From contig JASLYX010000001.1 of the NCBI GenBank assembly GCA_030739585.1, forward strand, positions 372,452 through 436,451: 64,000 bases of DNA. Direction: 5' to 3'. Below, one piece after another: positions 30,136 to 40,651 of this stretch. The position numbers and the translations under genes were made by a program. The DNA comes from Candidatus Bathyarchaeota archaeon. GTDB lineage: Archaea > Thermoproteota > Bathyarchaeia > TCS64. The notes beneath the pieces were generated by a model that saw only the letters and a list, made by a program, of their open reading frames with translations, was not told the origin of the DNA and made no database searches. Numbering within the stretch: position 1 is the stretch's first letter; each line of letters opens with the position of its first letter.

Positions 30136-30348
30136 CTATCTAATCTTCCGGGCTTCCCGCTCCGTGTCCCTGAGGAGTAATATATCATCTATCCTCACGG
30201 GGCCTTTTACATTCCGAGTGATGATGCGCCCCTTATCCCTACCTTCCTCCACCCTAACTCTAACCTGCATAACCTCTCCAGTAAGACCTGTGCGACCTAG
30301 TATCTGGATCACCGTAGCGGGGAATAGGGCGTCGGTTTGGCGAGACAT
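30136..30348 (-). CDS. rps28e: 30S ribosomal protein S28e
   Basis: [22 protein letters not shown]. Confidence 0.96.
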   Translation of the reverse strand: MSRQTDALFPATVIQILGRTGLTGEVMQVRVRVEEGRDKGRIITRNVKGPVRIDDILLLRDTEREARKIR

Positions 30349-30350
30349 CC

Positions 30351-30743
30351 CTACTTAACTATCTCCTTAAGATTTTTGAGGATCTCATCCAAAAGTTCGC
30401 TGCCTTCCCCCGGGTCCTCGATAGCAGCCGCAGCAGAGCCGACCAATAATCCTGCGGACAGACCTAGTCTTTGCTTCTCAGGAACATATATGTAAGGCGC
30501 TTTTCGCTCCTCACATAGCATTGGGATGTGGGCAACTATTTCGGGGGGCTCGACATTTTCGGCTAAAATTACTAATCGTGCCCTTCCTCTCTCAATTGAC
30601 TTTGTAGCCTCATTTGTTCCCTTTCGAATTTTTCCTGATTCTAAAGCGATTTTTAGCATCTCATATGATGCTTCAGCTACTTCTTTTGGTACTTCGAACC
30701 TTACGTAGAAAGGCTTCGAAGGATCTACATCCGTTGTAGACAT
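30351..30743 (-). CDS. rpl7ae: 50S ribosomal protein L7Ae
   Basis: [22 protein letters not shown]. Confidence 0.96.
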   Translation of the reverse strand: MSTTDVDPSKPFYVRFEVPKEVAEASYEMLKIALESGKIRKGTNEATKSIERGRARLVILAENVEPPEIVAHIPMLCEERKAPYIYVPEKQRLGLSAGLLVGSAAAAIEDPGEGSELLDEILKNLKEIVK

Positions 30744-31440
30744 GTCATTTCCTTCCAGTATTGATACGTCTTTACTAGACCTCTATTCTTAAACATTGTT
30801 ATTGGTGAAGTTTTTTCACCTAAAATGAATGTCATACTTTTCTCCTCCAGTAAACCGTGGATGCTCCAGTAGGACGTTATTTTCAAACATTGTTTTCTTG
30901 GCAACATATATGGGAGGCGGATTTACCTTGTGACTCTTAGAATATATAGGTGTACAAGGAAAAGGGAGAACCCATCTAAATTTAGAGATTAACCGGGTAT
31001 TTTGTGATAATTCTCCTCGCCATATAACGCGATAATTTGCGCATGTCTGGGGATTCTATTTAATCACTCGTGCAAAACATATCGCCATAAGAAATAATGT
31101 TTTCCTGCAATGGAGACGCCATACCTATGAAATGGCTCTCCACAACATATGTACATTTAGTTGTGACATTCAATAACGGAGTTCTTCACAATCCGAGGTT
31201 ATCTGAGTTTTTGTTAATCAGGAAGAAAAATGGCATGATTTTCATCATTCTTCCTTTTTTAAACTAATATCTCAACTCTGATATTTTGGTAACTCTATTT
31301 GACCAAGATCAAAAAAACTCCCTATGTTTGCGCGCGCCTATCGAGTTCATGATTAAATTCGCGCGACTCAAAGATATAACCGTAATTCAAGAAAAAGATT
31401 CCTCTTTTGCTTATCCCGCGCGTTAAAGTATCGTCAGTTC

Positions 31441-33171
31441 TTATCTATGCGCATAATACGCGACAAACGGAGACTTGCTGTCTACCCGGACGAAGCCGTA
31501 CCTCTCGAATTGAATCATCGAATCCACCTCAAGATTGCTACAACCTGTCTCAGCTAACCCTTGTGCAGTTGATGCGTCGGGCATCACGACCTGTGCTTTT
31601 ATTCCAACTCCTAATGGGAGCCAGTGCACAAATGGAAAATCAAATTTCCTAGCCTCTTGGTGACTCTTGGAGTGAAAGCGTGCTTGGATCTTGTCAGAGC
31701 CAAAATGTGTGGTCTCGATGTTGAAAAGCCCCATTAAACGGGCGAATACGTCGCTCCGCATCATTTTCGCGTCTTTATTAGAGATTATAAATATGGATTC
31801 ACCTTTTTCTGGCTTTACCAAGTAATCTCGGCTTCCCCATTCTGGATGATCAGGGTGGCTAGGAAGCCTCACTTTATGCTCATCTGGTATGCCTGTTACT
31901 TTGAGGTTAACGGGATCTCTAACGAAAGTAAACCTTCGCGCTCTTGGATCAACAAGCTTTCGATTTACTGATGCGAGGTGGTCCCAGCTCAAGGTTGAGT
32001 TAATGGGTTTTGGGCCGATCTGGATCATTACTTCCCTGATAGCCTCGGGCTGTAGTCCCCTTCTTTTAAGGGACCTCAGAGTTCCAACGCGAGGGTCGTC
32101 CCATCCCGTAAAGCTTCCGTCCTCTATGCCGCTCCTTATCTTAGATTTGCTGAGGACGCCAACCTCTAGTCCCAAGCGACCTATGTTAATGATTTCTGGA
32201 AACTCCCAGCCAAGATGATCTGATAGATATCGCTGTCTAGTGGTGTTGACCTCGTGCTCTTTTCCCCTGATGATATGGGAAACTTTCATCTCGTGGTCGT
32301 CAATGGCGCAACTGAAATTGTACAAAGGCCAAACCCTAAACTTATTTCCTTGTCGTGGGTGGGCACTCTCAGCAATCCTGAGGGCAGGCCAGTCCCTGAC
32401 CGCAGGATTTGGGTGTTCCAGATCGGTCTTAATGCGAACTACGGCGTCTCCTTTTGCATATGTCCCGTCCTTCATCTTCATCCAACGCTTGAGGTTTACT
32501 TCGATCGAGTTTGATCTGCAGGGACAAGCTTTTTTTGCCATATAAATCTCCTTGAACGCTGAGGAGGTACAAGTGCAGATATATGCAGAACACCTCTCAA
32601 GGAGCCTGACAGCATACTTGTAATAGATATTAATTCTGTCAGATTGCACATACTTTTCATCAACCTTGACCCCTAGCCATTCGAGATCCATCTCTATCCA
32701 TTTATAAATCTCATTTAGAGGGGTTTTCACATCGGGGCTTGTATCCTCAAATCTCAAGATGAACTTTCCTTTGTACCTCTTCGCGTATTCGTCACAGAAT
32801 ATGATTGGTTCAGCGCTACCTAGGTGAAGAGCTCCGTCTGGGTTTGGTGCAAATCGCGTCCTAACAATCTCGAATCTCTTGACGTTCTGGAGAGGCGGTA
32901 AGGTTTTAACCTTCTCAATATTTTTTTTTCTCTCAAGAAGCTCCGGCCATTTCTCCTTTAGAACCGTGACCTGTTTTTCCCGGGACCACGAGTTCACCTC
33001 AGATACTATTCGGCTTACGATGTCGTTAACCTCCTTAGCTTTTCCCCGTCTCTCTATAAACCCTGCCATAATTCTTCCAACCACGGGCCCGGATTGGGCT
33101 TTTCCCTCGTGGGTCACAGCATTATGAACGGCGTGTCTTAACGCCACTTTTTTGATCTCCTCGCCGCTCAT
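31441..33171 (-). CDS. gltX: Glutamate--tRNA ligase (archaeal type)
   Basis: RFAPNPDG.LHLG, RFEDT, IRGKEH, LSKS, QFERYGF. Confidence 0.96.
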   Translation of the reverse strand: MSGEEIKKVALRHAVHNAVTHEGKAQSGPVVGRIMAGFIERRGKAKEVNDIVSRIVSEVNSWSREKQVTVLKEKWPELLERKKNIEKVKTLPPLQNVKRFEIVRTRFAPNPDGALHLGSAEPIIFCDEYAKRYKGKFILRFEDTSPDVKTPLNEIYKWIEMDLEWLGVKVDEKYVQSDRINIYYKYAVRLLERCSAYICTCTSSAFKEIYMAKKACPCRSNSIEVNLKRWMKMKDGTYAKGDAVVRIKTDLEHPNPAVRDWPALRIAESAHPRQGNKFRVWPLYNFSCAIDDHEMKVSHIIRGKEHEVNTTRQRYLSDHLGWEFPEIINIGRLGLEVGVLSKSKIRSGIEDGSFTGWDDPRVGTLRSLKRRGLQPEAIREVMIQIGPKPINSTLSWDHLASVNRKLVDPRARRFTFVRDPVNLKVTGIPDEHKVRLPSHPDHPEWGSRDYLVKPEKGESIFIISNKDAKMMRSDVFARLMGLFNIETTHFGSDKIQARFHSKSHQEARKFDFPFVHWLPLGVGIKAQVVMPDASTAQGLAETGCSNLEVDSMIQFERYGFVRVDSKSPFVAYYAHR

Positions 33172-33346
33172 GTTCTAAATACTCCTTAGTGAGATGTCCA
33201 ATTGTTTAATCAATGATTCATTTATGCTTAGTGGATTAACTTATGCGCGTAGGGGATATTATACAGTATTTCTTAGAGCAAACCGGCCCTTTGGCCCCTA
33301 AACGTTTTAGATTGGACGACTCATGTGAGAATCAAAGGTAATCTAG

Positions 33347-34177
33347 ATGAGAGTATACATCAAGCCGGATTTGGAGGGCATTACTGGTGTTGTCTTAGAG
33401 CCCCTACAGACCAGCAGGACTGAGCAGTACTACCAGGAAGCCCGGAGGCTCATGACTGCTGACGTTAATGCAGTATCAAAGGGGGCAGTGAGGGCGGGAG
33501 CCAATGAGGTTTACGTGGAGGCCGGCCACGCGAGCTGGGGTCACAACATGATCTTCGATGAGTTTATCGATGAGGTCAGGTACATGGATGGTCGTTCTGC
33601 AAGCAGACCCATATCAGTGATGGCGGAGGTCTACGAAAGGAGCGACGCATTCTTCATCGTGGGACAGCACCCAATGAGAGGAGTCCGCAGAGGGGTTATA
33701 GAGCACACATTTTTGCCACCAATCAACGAGCTCAGGGTCAACGGCCGCCCCATGGGGGAGATGGGAATGAAGGCAGCAGTGGCGGGCTACTATAATGTGC
33801 CTATTGCATTTGTAAGTGGTTGCGATCAAGCGGTGGCCGAGGCCCAAGAACTTTTCGGGGACATAGAGGCAGTCTCTGTAAAAAAGGGGCTTGGAAGGCA
33901 GTCGGCGATCCTACTCCCCTCTAGAATTACCCTGCCTATGCTAGAGGAAGGGGCATTCCGAGCTGTGGAGCGACTCAGTGAGTTCAAACCCTTCAAGGTA
34001 ATCGAGCCAACTAAAATAGAAGTGGAGTTCCAACATACTGGAATGGCTGACGCCGCAGAGATGACTCCTTATGTCAAGAGGGCTGACGGGCTTTCCCTTG
34101 TCTTCGAGGGGCCCTTTCTGGAGGCGTTAAGAGCACTCCGATCCATGATCCGTCACGCTGTAAGCCAGAGACGTTGA
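33347..34177 (+). CDS. dppA: D-aminopeptidase DppA (M55 family)
   Basis: DLEGITG, conserved His/Glu ligands (AGH, GQH, EHT, GE), AVSVK. Confidence 0.88.
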   Translation: MRVYIKPDLEGITGVVLEPLQTSRTEQYYQEARRLMTADVNAVSKGAVRAGANEVYVEAGHASWGHNMIFDEFIDEVRYMDGRSASRPISVMAEVYERSDAFFIVGQHPMRGVRRGVIEHTFLPPINELRVNGRPMGEMGMKAAVAGYYNVPIAFVSGCDQAVAEAQELFGDIEAVSVKKGLGRQSAILLPSRITLPMLEEGAFRAVERLSEFKPFKVIEPTKIEVEFQHTGMADAAEMTPYVKRADGLSLVFEGPFLEALRALRSMIRHAVSQRR

Positions 34178-34417
34178 AATGGGTTACGCAGCTCACCTGA
34201 TATAAGGTTCCGCTTTTACTCTTTTATATCCTAATCGACATCTCCGTCAGGAGCGCGCTTACAACCCTTTAATTATCCTTCTTTTCAAGGCTTTTATGTT
34301 TTTCAAAGTCTCTTTAAATTACCTTGTTTCATGGTTTTTTCTATAGAAGCAGTTTTTTCAAAAGACAGCAGAGCTGTTAGAAAGAGATAAACCCCACTCC
34401 TCGAATTTCTAACTGAA

Positions 34418-34684
34418 ATGACCCTCAAAAAAATACACCTTGACATACTCCAGCTGTTATTGGACAATACACTCCAAGACCCCTATGACACAGGGAATGT
34501 CTCTCGAAAAATATTGTTTAAATCTGTGAACTATAAGCCGAGACAGATTAAGAAGGCATGCACTGAACTCGAGACTAGGGGACTAGTCCAACTCCACACT
34601 GGGTTCTACAAAAATGAATGGATGTCCATTTCCTTAACCGACCAGGGAATAACCATTATAGAACTCGATGAAGATGGGGTCTAA
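34418..34684 (+). CDS. Small winged-helix domain protein
   Basis: I..AC.ELE.RGLV...ISLTDQG winged-helix pattern. Confidence 0.7.
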   Translation: MTLKKIHLDILQLLLDNTLQDPYDTGNVSRKILFKSVNYKPRQIKKACTELETRGLVQLHTGFYKNEWMSISLTDQGITIIELDEDGV

Positions 34685-34930
34685 ACTCAAAAATCCTTTT
34701 TGTGTAGGGCGACCAATAGACCGTTAGCCCCGCCAACATTATTGCTTTCGAGTCCCCAATATTATAATTATACTTATGACTTTTTCCCACAGTCTAGGAC
34801 CAGAAACAATGGGGCTGTAGGTCCCAACATTAAGGAAATCAGAATCAGCTTTCTCAATAATTGAAATCCCAGTGAGTGGTTTAACTGCTCCAAAGAATCG
34901 TTCACGTGTGAAACATGAGAAAATAGGACA

Positions 34931-35310
34931 TCAAAACCAAATGGGGAAAAAGAGGCGGGTAACTTTTCTCAGCAGACTAATGACTACGATCTTGTAAGAG
35001 CCATAGGTTTGGGCTCGGTGATGGGGTCTTAATCCTATGAGGATGATTCCCCCCCTTGCCGTTCCTCGCTACAACCATTGCCGCCTTCCTCATGAGCTTC
35101 CTCTCTTTAACATACCACCCGCTCTCTAAGACGTTCCGCTCAGGATAATTCGTTATGACCGCGTACCTTTCGTTTTTCCACTACGGGAGTATCTCAAAGA
35201 CTTTACTATTCCTAAAAAAGGCGAGAGCATTATTAGGCATGTCACGTGCTGTTGAATGGAATGCGTTGATGGGTGCTCGGAGGATGAAGCAGGCCAATAG
35301 AACTCCTCAT
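34931..35310 (-). pseudogene. C-terminal relic of a large M14 zinc-carboxypeptidase-type protein
   Basis: Hand translation DMPNNALAFFRNSKVFEILP*WKNERYAVITNYPERNVLESGWYVKERKLMRKAAMVVARNGKG [frameshift at C7 35049-35055] IILIGLRPHHRAQTYGSYKI; TAG at 35181-35183. Confidence 0.7.
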
Positions 35311-35507
35311 GGATCTTGGGTTAATTCGATAAAACCCATAAGGTGTGGTTATTTCTCTAAAAAAATGGTGAATAAGAAGAGTTTGTAGGTACTTTGGCTG
35401 AGCCTGCCGAGCCAATACCCAACTCAGATCATCCTTGTCCAAATTCTAGCTGTGGATTTATTAATAATAATGGATTGCCTTATGAAATAGAGAATGGATG
35501 TTATATG

Positions 35508-36020
35508 CTAGATAAAGAGTGTGACATCAGCCTCTCCGGCCATGTCGATGAATGTAGTGGCTCCTATAATATCATTGCACTCAGGGATAAGGTCATCCTT
35601 GGTGATCCCTGAAAGTTCCATCGTGGGGGAGCAAGCGTGGAATTTTACCCCGGCTTGTTTGGCCATCTTTATGAGATGATCTATGCTGGGCATACCAGTC
35701 TCCTTCATCTTTTTCTTCATCATGTAGGTTGCCATCGTAGTCATTCCAGGGATGACGCTCAGGATGTTGGGTATTCCCATCGATGGGTTCCCTAGAGGGG
35801 ATATTTTCAGGCTCTTAGCATTCGTGACGATATCCATACCCCAGAACGTGAAGTATAGGTGGACCTCCCAGTCTAAGGCTGCAGCTGATGTCGCCATCAT
35901 AAACGGTGGAAAGGCCATGTCCAGTGTCCCTTTGGAGCATACGATGAGGAGCTTTTTTTTCTCTTCTGACTGGGAGATGAACCCTATTTCCCGCCCTTGA
36001 TCCGTGCTAGTATCTATCAT
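35508..36020 (-). CDS. DsrE/DsrF/DrsH-like family protein (DsrE2 type)
   Basis: SKGTLDMA, YFTFWG, AC..TM, terminal TLFI. Confidence 0.9.
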   Translation of the reverse strand: MIDTSTDQGREIGFISQSEEKKKLLIVCSKGTLDMAFPPFMMATSAAALDWEVHLYFTFWGMDIVTNAKSLKISPLGNPSMGIPNILSVIPGMTTMATYMMKKKMKETGMPSIDHLIKMAKQAGVKFHACSPTMELSGITKDDLIPECNDIIGATTFIDMAGEADVTLFI

Positions 36021-36314
36021 ATTTTACACATCACCATTCAAAGGAGTGGTGAACTATTAACGGCGTTAACTAATTTAAGGGTTTTGAAACCGGATTTGGA
36101 GGTTTTCAAGATTATTTTTCCTTGACTACTGTGAGGAATAATAGTTAAATGACCCTCATTAATTAGATGAATTCACACTGACAAATCTCGACTAATTGGA
36201 AACAACCAAGGAAACATGCGTGCGCGAGTGCAGTCCGGGACTTGTTAACATTTAAATAGCCATAATGAGGTAACAACTCGAAACATTACTGATAGGAGAC
36301 AGGAGAACTCAGAT

Positions 36315-37019
36315 TTGTTCATGCCGCGAGCCTACGACCGCGCAATAACCATATTTTCACCCGAAGGGCGCCTCTACCAAGTAGAATATGCCTTGGAATT
36401 AGTAAACCAGGGCGCACCTATAGTAGGTGTATCCTCTCCCGAAGGCGTGGCTCTAGCAGCTAACGAGACACCGGAGAGCAGGCTAGAAGATCCACGATTC
36501 TTCATGAAGATCTTCCAGCTCGATGATCACGTGGGAACAGCCGTAGCAGGCCTGATCTCTGATGCAAGAGTCCTCATCGAACAGTCTAGGGTATACTGCC
36601 AAAATAATCGGCTATTATATGATGAGCCGGTGGATCTTGAGAGCCTCGCCAAGAGGATCGGGGACCAAGCTCAGGTTTACACACAGCACGCAGGCGTGCG
36701 TCCTTACGGAGTTAGCATGATCCTCGCTGGGATAGATACAACTGGGAGCCGGGTCTTCATGGTTAACCCTAGCGGATCATATCGGGGGTACAAGGCGGTT
36801 GCAGTCGGACGTAAAAACAAAGTGGGCAACAAGCTGCTGGAGGACGAATATAATCCAGAGTTCACTCTTGACGAGGCTATATCCCTCTCAGTTCAAGCTG
36901 TAAAGGCGGCCTCAGATGAGAACGTTACAGCAAAGATCGTGAAGGTCGCCGTCATCCCTGCTGATACCAAAATCTTCAGAAAGCTCTCCGAGTCAGATGT
37001 GGAAAGATACCTCACGTAG
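36315..37019 (+). CDS. psmA: Proteasome alpha subunit
   Basis: AYDRAITIFSPEGRLYQVEYA, GVRPYGVS. Confidence 0.97.
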   Translation: MFMPRAYDRAITIFSPEGRLYQVEYALELVNQGAPIVGVSSPEGVALAANETPESRLEDPRFFMKIFQLDDHVGTAVAGLISDARVLIEQSRVYCQNNRLLYDEPVDLESLAKRIGDQAQVYTQHAGVRPYGVSMILAGIDTTGSRVFMVNPSGSYRGYKAVAVGRKNKVGNKLLEDEYNPEFTLDEAISLSVQAVKAASDENVTAKIVKVAVIPADTKIFRKLSESDVERYLT

Positions 37020-37028
37020 AAGGCTCGA

Positions 37029-37721
37029 GTGATGAGCGTTAAATATACCATGGTCAGGTACACCCACCAAGGGTCGAAATTTGAGATTCTAGTGGACCCT
37101 GCCAAAGGATTGGCCTACAAGAATGGGGAAAGGGCCGACCTTGCTAACGTTCTAATGATCGACACAATCTTCACGGATGCAAATAAAGGTACCAAACCTT
37201 CGGAGTCTAAACTCAAGGCTGTTTTTGGGACAGAAGACCCTATAGCGATAGCTGAGCTCATATTCGAGAAAGGGGTTTTCCAGCTCACTTCTCAGCAGAG
37301 AAAGAATATGACCGATCAGACTCTCCGGCAGATAATCACCCTAATCTCCAAGAATTATGTCAACCCTGCCACGAAACTCCCCCATCCACCCCTTCGGGTT
37401 GAGAACGCTCTTGGAGAGATCAAATTAAGTATCGACCCCTTCAAGGATGCCGAGGAGCAGCTGAAGGAAATTGTTAATGCTCTTCGTCCTATCCTCCCAA
37501 TGAGCATGGAGAGTGTTGAAATCGCAATAAAGATCCCCGCAGAGTACTCTTCCAAATCTTATGGGATAGTGAAGGAACTCGCTGATATAACGAGGGACGA
37601 ATGGACCGATGATGGTTCATGGGTAGCGGTGGTTGCTATTTCGGCAGCTATGCAGGGAGAACTACTTGACAGACTTGGAAAGGCTACGCAGGGAAACCTC
37701 CAAACCAATTTAATGAAATGA
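37029..37721 (+). CDS. Ribosome maturation protein SBDS/Sdo1
   Basis: FEILVDP, IFTDANKG, NP.TKLPHPP.R. Confidence 0.95.
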   Translation: MMSVKYTMVRYTHQGSKFEILVDPAKGLAYKNGERADLANVLMIDTIFTDANKGTKPSESKLKAVFGTEDPIAIAELIFEKGVFQLTSQQRKNMTDQTLRQIITLISKNYVNPATKLPHPPLRVENALGEIKLSIDPFKDAEEQLKEIVNALRPILPMSMESVEIAIKIPAEYSSKSYGIVKELADITRDEWTDDGSWVAVVAISAAMQGELLDRLGKATQGNLQTNLMK

Positions 37722-37734
37722 TAGTTGATTTAAA

Positions 37735-38427
37735 ATGTCAGAGCTGTTTGAGACCAGAGATCTCGTTATTCCGGGAGACGTCCTCTTTGAAGGTAGGGTT
37801 AAGACCGGAGACAACACCCACAGAGCCGATGGGAAGGTGTTTGCTAGTCGCATCGGTCTTGTCACCTACAATCGTGGCATGGTCTCGGTGATCGCCTTGG
37901 AGGCAGGCTTCAACCCCCTCACAGGAGACCAGGTAATCGGTCAAGTAAAGGATATACGGATCGGAAGGTGGATGGTGGACATTGATGCTGCTGAGGATGG
38001 CGCTTTAAACGTCATCGACGCGATAGACGCTCAATTCCGTACAGACTTCGATATGACCCGGGTTCTCGACATCGGAGATACGGTTGTTGCCAAAATCGTC
38101 GATATAGACCGAAGGCGGACACCCATTCTCTCGATCCTCGGCAGAGACTTGGGGAGGGTCAACGAAGGCTTCATCATGAGGTTTACCCCCTCGAAGATCC
38201 CGCGCCTGATCGGCAAAAAGGGATCAATGATCAATATGATTTTTAACCAGACCGGATCAAACGTTGTTATCGGTCAGAACGGGAGAATTCTCATTCACGG
38301 AAGGACTCGAGAGCAGGAGAAGATGGCAGTCAAGGTCATCACAAAGGTGGAAAACGAAGCCCATATTTCGGGTCTTACAAGTAGGGTAAAAGAATATTTG
38401 AGACTGTTAAAGGAGGAAAATAGATGA
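37735..38427 (+). CDS. rrp4: Exosome RNA-binding subunit Rrp4
   Basis: S1 plus KH domains, KIPRLIGKKGSM, GQNGRI. Confidence 0.95.
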   Translation: MSELFETRDLVIPGDVLFEGRVKTGDNTHRADGKVFASRIGLVTYNRGMVSVIALEAGFNPLTGDQVIGQVKDIRIGRWMVDIDAAEDGALNVIDAIDAQFRTDFDMTRVLDIGDTVVAKIVDIDRRRTPILSILGRDLGRVNEGFIMRFTPSKIPRLIGKKGSMINMIFNQTGSNVVIGQNGRILIHGRTREQEKMAVKVITKVENEAHISGLTSRVKEYLRLLKEENR

Positions 38428-39167
38428 GTAAAACGAAGAAAATCAGGAAGAAAAAGAAGTCAAAGGCGAAAACAAGATATGACGGGAGAAAGGCCAATGA
38501 GATGCGGCCTACTACCATTGAGAGCGGAGTCCTACCAAACGCAGACGGCTCAGCATATATTGAAATGGGGAGAAACAAAATCCTCGTCGGGGTTTTCGGT
38601 CCTAGAGAGATGCACCCTAGACGCTTAGCAAAGCCAAATGAGGCAACAGTGAGATGCAGGTACCATATGTCCCCGTTCTCCGTCAGTCCACGGAGATCAC
38701 CAGCCCCCTCAAGGAGGGACATGGAGATAGGTATGGTGATGAGCTGGGCGATTCAACCCGCCATCTTTCTCGATAAATATCCGAGATCCGTTATCGATGT
38801 CTACACTGAGATTTTAGAGGCCGACGGAGGGACCCGCACGGCATGCATTAACGCGTCAACTGTTGCCTTGGTAGACGCAGGGATCCCCATGAGAGATCTC
38901 GTTTCTTCCTGTGCTGCTGGCGTGATTGACGGCGAAATAGTTCTTGACCTCGGAGACTATGAGGATAAGGAGGGGCAAGCTGATGTCCCGGTGGCTTACA
39001 TGCCAACGCTGGGACAGATCACCCTCCTCCAAATGGACGGAGTACTACCGACAAAGACCTTTAAGGGATGCGTGGACCTCGCAATCGAGGGATGTCTACA
39101 GGTAAATGAGATTCAGAAAAATGCACTGAGAAAAAAGTATGGTATTTTTGGGGAGGCTGAAGAGTAA
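38424..39167 (+). CDS. rrp41: Exosome exonuclease Rrp41
   Basis: DGR...EMRP, ADGSAY, GPRE, ADGGTR. Confidence 0.96.
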   Translation: MSKTKKIRKKKKSKAKTRYDGRKANEMRPTTIESGVLPNADGSAYIEMGRNKILVGVFGPREMHPRRLAKPNEATVRCRYHMSPFSVSPRRSPAPSRRDMEIGMVMSWAIQPAIFLDKYPRSVIDVYTEILEADGGTRTACINASTVALVDAGIPMRDLVSSCAAGVIDGEIVLDLGDYEDKEGQADVPVAYMPTLGQITLLQMDGVLPTKTFKGCVDLAIEGCLQVNEIQKNALRKKYGIFGEAEE

Positions 39168-39961
39168 TGGCGAGCAAATCTGGCATAGTCTCACGGCTCA
39201 GGCGGAGAAAGATCCAAGAGGTCCTCAAAACGGGGAATCGGATGGACGGGAGGGCCCTAGATGAGTACAGGGAGATCATCTTAAAGACGAGCCCGCTGGA
39301 GAAGACCTCGGGCTCTGCTGAGGTAACTATTGGTAAGAGCAGGGTGCTCGTTGGCGTTAAGGTACAGATAGGTAGGCCCTTCGAGGACACCCCCGGGAGG
39401 GGGGTCCTGATGTGTAACGCCGAATTCACCCCCATAGCCCACCCTACGTTCGAGCCAGGTCGCCCAAGGGAGAATGCTATTGAGCTTGCTAGAGTGATCG
39501 ACAGGGGTCTACGCTCCGCGGAGATTCTCGACTTCGATAAACTCAGCCTCATTGACGGAAAATCGGTCTACATGGTGTTCGTCGACATCTACGTGTTGAG
39601 CTACGACGGAAATCTCTTTGATGCCGCTTCGCTTGCCGCGATGGCGGCGCTAAACACTACCAAGGGGCCAGTGCACACGGTTAAGAACGGCGTCATCGAG
39701 TTGACCAAGAAGACCAAGGCCCTAAAGATCCTCAAAAGTCCCCTAGCGGTTACTCTTGTGAAGATTGGGGACAATTTACTGGTTGATCCGACAGCTGACG
39801 AGGAGGAGGTCCTGGATGCGAGGCTTACGATAACCTTCGATGAGGACAACAACTTGTGCACAGTCCAGAAGGGTGGCTCAGGCGGCATTACGACTGAGGA
39901 GCTCCATGCGGCCCTGGACCTAGCCCAGGCTAAGGCTGTGGAGCTTAGGAAGCACCTTTAG
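39167..39961 (+). CDS. rrp42: Exosome subunit Rrp42
   Basis: RMDGR, PFEDTP, ELARVIDRGLR, DGNLFDA. Confidence 0.96.
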   Translation: MASKSGIVSRLRRRKIQEVLKTGNRMDGRALDEYREIILKTSPLEKTSGSAEVTIGKSRVLVGVKVQIGRPFEDTPGRGVLMCNAEFTPIAHPTFEPGRPRENAIELARVIDRGLRSAEILDFDKLSLIDGKSVYMVFVDIYVLSYDGNLFDAASLAAMAALNTTKGPVHTVKNGVIELTKKTKALKILKSPLAVTLVKIGDNLLVDPTADEEEVLDARLTITFDEDNNLCTVQKGGSGGITTEELHAALDLAQAKAVELRKHL

Positions 39962-39972
39962 GGGGTCGATTG

Positions 39973-40221
39973 ATGCCAAGGAAGAAGAAGACTTACGGTC
40001 TTAGGCTTAGGACCCGGGGTGGGATGTCAGTTCGGAAGCAGTGGACCCGGATAACCCAGACTAAGAGGGAAGCCAGCAGGTGTCCAAGCTGCGCGAGTCT
40101 CTCGGTGAAGAGAGACACGGTAGGAGTCTGGGACTGCAGCAAGTGCGGTTACCGATTTGCTGGTGGAGCTTACGTCCCTGCCACGAGGGTGGGTCAGGCT
40201 TCCCACAGGATTAGGTCATAG
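39973..40221 (+). CDS. rpl37ae: 50S ribosomal protein L37Ae
   Basis: CPSC..., GVWDCSKCG..FAGGAY; operon position. Confidence 0.93.
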   Translation: MPRKKKTYGLRLRTRGGMSVRKQWTRITQTKREASRCPSCASLSVKRDTVGVWDCSKCGYRFAGGAYVPATRVGQASHRIRS

Positions 40222-40265
40222 GGGGACCTAATTTCCCCGTTTTATTATCTCCTTTTTGACTCCTA

Positions 40266-40529
40266 GTGAGAAGTATGGTCGGCACGGGGATGGTGATCGC
40301 CAAGGTTTGGGTCAATGTGCCTGATGGGATGTCTAGTCTCATTGAGGGTTCATTATCTCCCGAGGTGGAGCATCCAACCTCGGAGCGGTCCAGGGTAAAA
40401 GTTTCTGCGGTAGAGGGAAGGGTGGTTATATCCTTAGAGGCCTCTGATGTGGTAGCCTTGAGGGCGGCCCTGAACAGTTATTTGCGCTGGGTGGGGACTA
40501 TTTTGGATGTAGTGGACGTTGTCAGTTGA
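40266..40529 (+). CDS. pcc1: KEOPS complex subunit Pcc1
   Basis: L.PE...RS, A.D..ALRAALNSYLRW; operon position. Confidence 0.9.
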   Translation: MRSMVGTGMVIAKVWVNVPDGMSSLIEGSLSPEVEHPTSERSRVKVSAVEGRVVISLEASDVVALRAALNSYLRWVGTILDVVDVVS

Positions 40530-40651
40530 GGATCCGGGGCATATTTCTGGCCTTACTCCATGCACGCGGTGGGGTTAACTTGTTCCATTCACGGCAGCTA
40601 TGTCGTAAAGTATTAAACGATCCCCCTGCTCAGCCTATGCGTTGAACCAAT

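Noticed and set aside
30750-30875. Three tccagta words resembling mini-ORB origin boxes
   Set aside because: They lack the GGAAA and G-string parts of ORB consensus, and no orc1/cdc6 gene is in the window
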